Shown here: positions 60,901 to 64,000 of the stretch, one piece after another | Numbering within the stretch: position 1 is the stretch's first letter | Layout: every line of letters starts with the position of its first letter | Assembly (NCBI GenBank): GCA_905178155.1 | Contig: CAJINV010000013.1 | Span: 1,926,281-1,990,280, forward strand | DNA: 64,000 bases | Source: Amoebophrya sp. A120 | Lineage: Eukaryota; Protista; Dinoflagellata | Direction of reading: 5' to 3' | Position numbers and translations under genes: made by a program | The notes under the pieces: generated by a model | Told to the model about the DNA's origin: nothing | The model's database searches: none | The model's input: the letters and a program-made list of their open reading frames with translations, nothing else

Positions 60901-62968
60901 ACTATAAAGACGGTAGTGCAGCGGCAAACCTCGGGGCCGGCGTACCGTGTCGCTGGTGGTACCGCCTCTGGCGCGTCGACACCGGCCACCCGCCCGCCCA
61001 GCCAGGGCCAGTTGACTCCGGCAACGCTGCCGCCGGGGAGCGGGGTTGTGGTGCGGGGAGCGTATCCTGCAGCAGGTGCTGGGGGAAGTGGTGCGGCACC
61101 GCAGTACTACTACAATCCGAATAATGCGGCCCAAAGCACGACAAACGGTACGTATGATTATCCTGCTTTATACGTTCGTTATCGATTTCGATTTAGGGTG
61201 TGGGAGTGGGACTCCCGCTAGTGCGTGAAGGCAACATCGTCAGCACCCTGTTTGCTCGAGCCACCAGAATGGATGAGTGTTGTCTTCTGTTTCACGATCA
61301 TTCTTGAAAATTAGCACTTGCAACAGCAGGCCGCTCGTGCTTTTATCCACACGACGAGAGTCACAGAAATTCAAATTCGCAACAGTGCCAAGCATCTTAC
61401 GAATACAACAACAGCCCCTCCGCCGTTCTCATCCAATACACGGACAACAACACCAGCCGTTTTTTACGACGCGTACCAGCAACTACCAAGGCCGATCACA
61501 ACCTCGTCTCCTTCCACCGCAGCTGCTGGTACTATCGGGGCAGCAAATAACAAGCCGATGCGGATGAACAAGAGAAACAAGAAGAGGGTGACTCCGAGGG
61601 ACCCCGAAAATTCGAACGTCTTTTCCTACTTCATCACCAACCCTATGAAAAATTTTCAGAGTGCTTTTTGGTCGTCGTCCAACGCAACAACTGGTGGACC
61701 ACAAGGTGCATCGTCTTCTAGTACAACGTTATTTCATCCACAACCACCGAAGACGATTGAGCAGCAAGTGGCTGAGGAAGAAGAGGACGCAGAGGACGAC
61801 GAAGAGGTGGATGAGACCCGCAAGGAAAAACTGCAGAAGAAAAAGCCCGAGGAAATCAAAGTAGTCGACTACTTGACCATGCTTGACGACACACGACAGG
61901 ACACCAAGCACGTGTTTGACATCTTCTTCGTCGCGCACGCGCGCCTCTACTACCCGAAAAACTTCGACTTTGCGCAAGCCGCGACGGGGAGCAGTGCGAG
62001 TTGCACAACTGCTGATGGAGGAGCTGCTGCAGCAGGTGGACTAGAACCGGCCGCCGGGGCTAATAGCACGAGCAGCAGCTCCGCATTGAAGCTGTTCCTG
62101 GAGATATGGAGAGAAAAAAGTTTGTCACAGTCAGTAAGTTGCAGGCTTTGCATTACAAATTTTTTTCGCATCACAGCTTCTCCTTGTATTGCAGAAACAC
62201 TAGGGAAATTCCTTATGGAGTGTGGCTGTGATGCATTTTTACGCATGACAGACAATTTTGTCTTGCAAAAATGCCCATGAGTGATCGTGACGAACTTTTT
62301 TCTTTTGATAGGAGATCTCCTCTTTCAAAGTGAACGACATTCTGCTGGACGATCACGCGTATCAAATGCAAAAATGTCTGGGCCTGGAAGAATGCAAGAC
62401 TTGTCATGCAGATTTCTCATGACCCATGATGCCTGTAATGCTTGGCCTAGCATCGCAGACTTTTAGAGAGCTTCCTGCTGATGCACCTTCCGCATGAGAA
62501 ATGGCCCGTCCGTGTAGCAAAAACTGCACCCCTCTTGCCGGTCATGCAATACAAATTTTTTTAGAGTCCAAAAACAGCACGACAAGTTGCAACGTTCCAG
62601 ACCTAGACATTTTTGCAGTTGATAACGCGTGGCTGCGTCCCGTGTGGCGCCGGGTGTACCCAAAGATTGACGAGATGCTCCAGGGAATTGCGCAGACCGC
62701 CGTGCAGAAATGGATCCAGGAAAACCAGAGTAAAGCAAGCATGATCAACGCTCTGATGCTATGCATTGCAACCGTCGTGTCTGCTGGGCTTTGGAGTAAA
62801 TTTGTCATGCTGATGCTACTTACCAGTAATGAAGTACAAAGAAATACAAGAGTCTACCTTGATACAACGTGGGTAGCAAACGCTGTCAAATTTTGGTCAC
62901 CCGAAGAGGACGGCGGGACCCCGATAAGTCATAGCAATGATAATTGCTATGACTGCCTGCGCAAATAA
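57992..62968 (+). CDS. Hypothetical multi-exon protein with acidic 11-mer (apolipoprotein/LEA-like) repeats and a Pro/Ala-rich region
   Basis: Exons join across introners 58440, 59699, 62105 and 62360 and GT-AG introns (59243-59402, 60065-60243, ~61152-61385); junction near 58730-58830 and 3' end uncertain. Confidence 0.65.
58440..58691. mobile_element. TIR introner family A-related that also reads as GT-AG
   Basis: TSD GAAGG; AAG^GTATC...GATAGAAG^GT; removal gives SFMK|VRDL. Confidence 0.9.
59699..59980. mobile_element. Decayed TIR introner
   Basis: TATCA...TGATA ends only; flanks GGAAG/ACCAG; removing the element plus 5 nt restores frame while the nearby GT-AG reading does not. Confidence 0.55.
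62105..62310. mobile_element. TIR introner
   Basis: TSD GGAGA; IR AGAAAAAAGTTYGTCAC; removal gives FLE|ISSFK. Confidence 0.88.
62360..62624. mobile_element. TIR introner family A
   Basis: TSD ACGCG; body nearly collinear with 49851-50127; removal gives DDHA|WLRP. Confidence 0.9.
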
Positions 62969-64000
62969 ACCCTCCGCTTTTCGATCTCGTGGGACATTAA
63001 CTTCATCTTCACTAACATGTAAGTGCACTATTCCAAAGAATGCAGGCATGTTTGCGATGCATAGATGAAATACCTGGGCAACTTCTGCACCTGCTGCGGG
63101 AAGGGTATGGTGGCGGAAAAACAAAGAGCCACACCATCACTGCTTTAGTTGCATCTACTAGACGAAAAAAAAAATGTGTGTCATTATCGTCGTCGTTGGT
63201 ATGAACAACTTGTAAGTTGAAATGAATGCAAGGATGAAGAAGGCTAGAACCACCCGGACGCGAAGTACTTCTAGTCCGTGTGAAGTTTTTTTCAGTCATC
63301 CAATCCATCGTCATGCTCATGCGAAAAGAGTCCCAGCCGAGGCAAAAGTAAGGCGGCCGATGCAAAAAGCTTCACAGTGATAGGCAGGTGAGGGTAGCTT
63401 GTTTTCCGTCCCATAAAATTGTAGACGAGACTGTGCGGGACAGGGCCACTGTACAAATGTACAACTCAGAGGAGTTTCTGTTTCTTTGAGGAGTTGCAAT
63501 GCATTCGATTTCGAAGAACCCTATGTACTAGAAGACTAGAACGCAGACGAGTTATTGAATCCATTCCGTAAAATTTTCCTGTTTGCCGAAAACGAAACTG
63601 AGTCATGAACATATTCCCATAACATTGCACGGCATTTTTGGTTATGAGTTTGCTTCTGGTGGTTGTATTGCAGCAACTATTTCTTACTTGATGTTTGCTA
63701 AGTTTAGTATGAGGCGAATAAGCAGTGGGGTGGCCACTCCTTCTTTTGAGCCGTTCTCGAAAATAAAGCATGTTAGGACACGTTGATTTCTAGAATATAG
63801 AAGTAGAAGCAGTGCTACTTGATGTTTCTTCTTGCCGACCCCGACGTCGTTCAAGAAAAGTCAGTTTCTGTTGTAGTTTCATCATACCTTCAATTACAGC
63901 CACAACTCCTGCGGCCACTATACGATGAACCGCGCCTTTCGGCATGCGAAACGCAAGAATTCTGATCCAAAAAAAATATCTGGACAAGATGACGGAAAAT

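Overview
Eukaryotic, intron-rich genomic DNA, most likely from a dinoflagellate or syndinean (Amoebophrya-like). This rests on a perfect 22-nt dinoflagellate spliced leader (41624-41645), about 12 genes all on the + strand, and a majority of non-GT-AG introns. Recognisable genes are a PHO84-like MFS transporter, UBE2S, SEC62 and an equilibrative nucleoside transporter; the rest are low-complexity or multi-pass membrane hypotheticals. The dominant feature is about 22 short TIR elements (107-302 bp, one 895 bp) inserted in coding exons. They come from several unrelated sequence families but share one end grammar: a 5-bp target duplication, TAT...ATA termini and usually AAA at positions 11-13 of each end. 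Removing the element plus one 5-bp repeat joins the flanking exon frames in every case (frame least certain at 37191), so they behave as transposon-derived non-canonical introns (introners). One introner carries a nested SL-to-poly(A) retrocopy. A local exon duplication gives a filled/empty site pair. A 4.24-kb block with three exact 42-46-bp exon repeats and a fold-back core interrupts one gene and may be real or an assembly artefact. No transposase is visible. All splice models were deduced by hand from DNA and need RNA confirmation.
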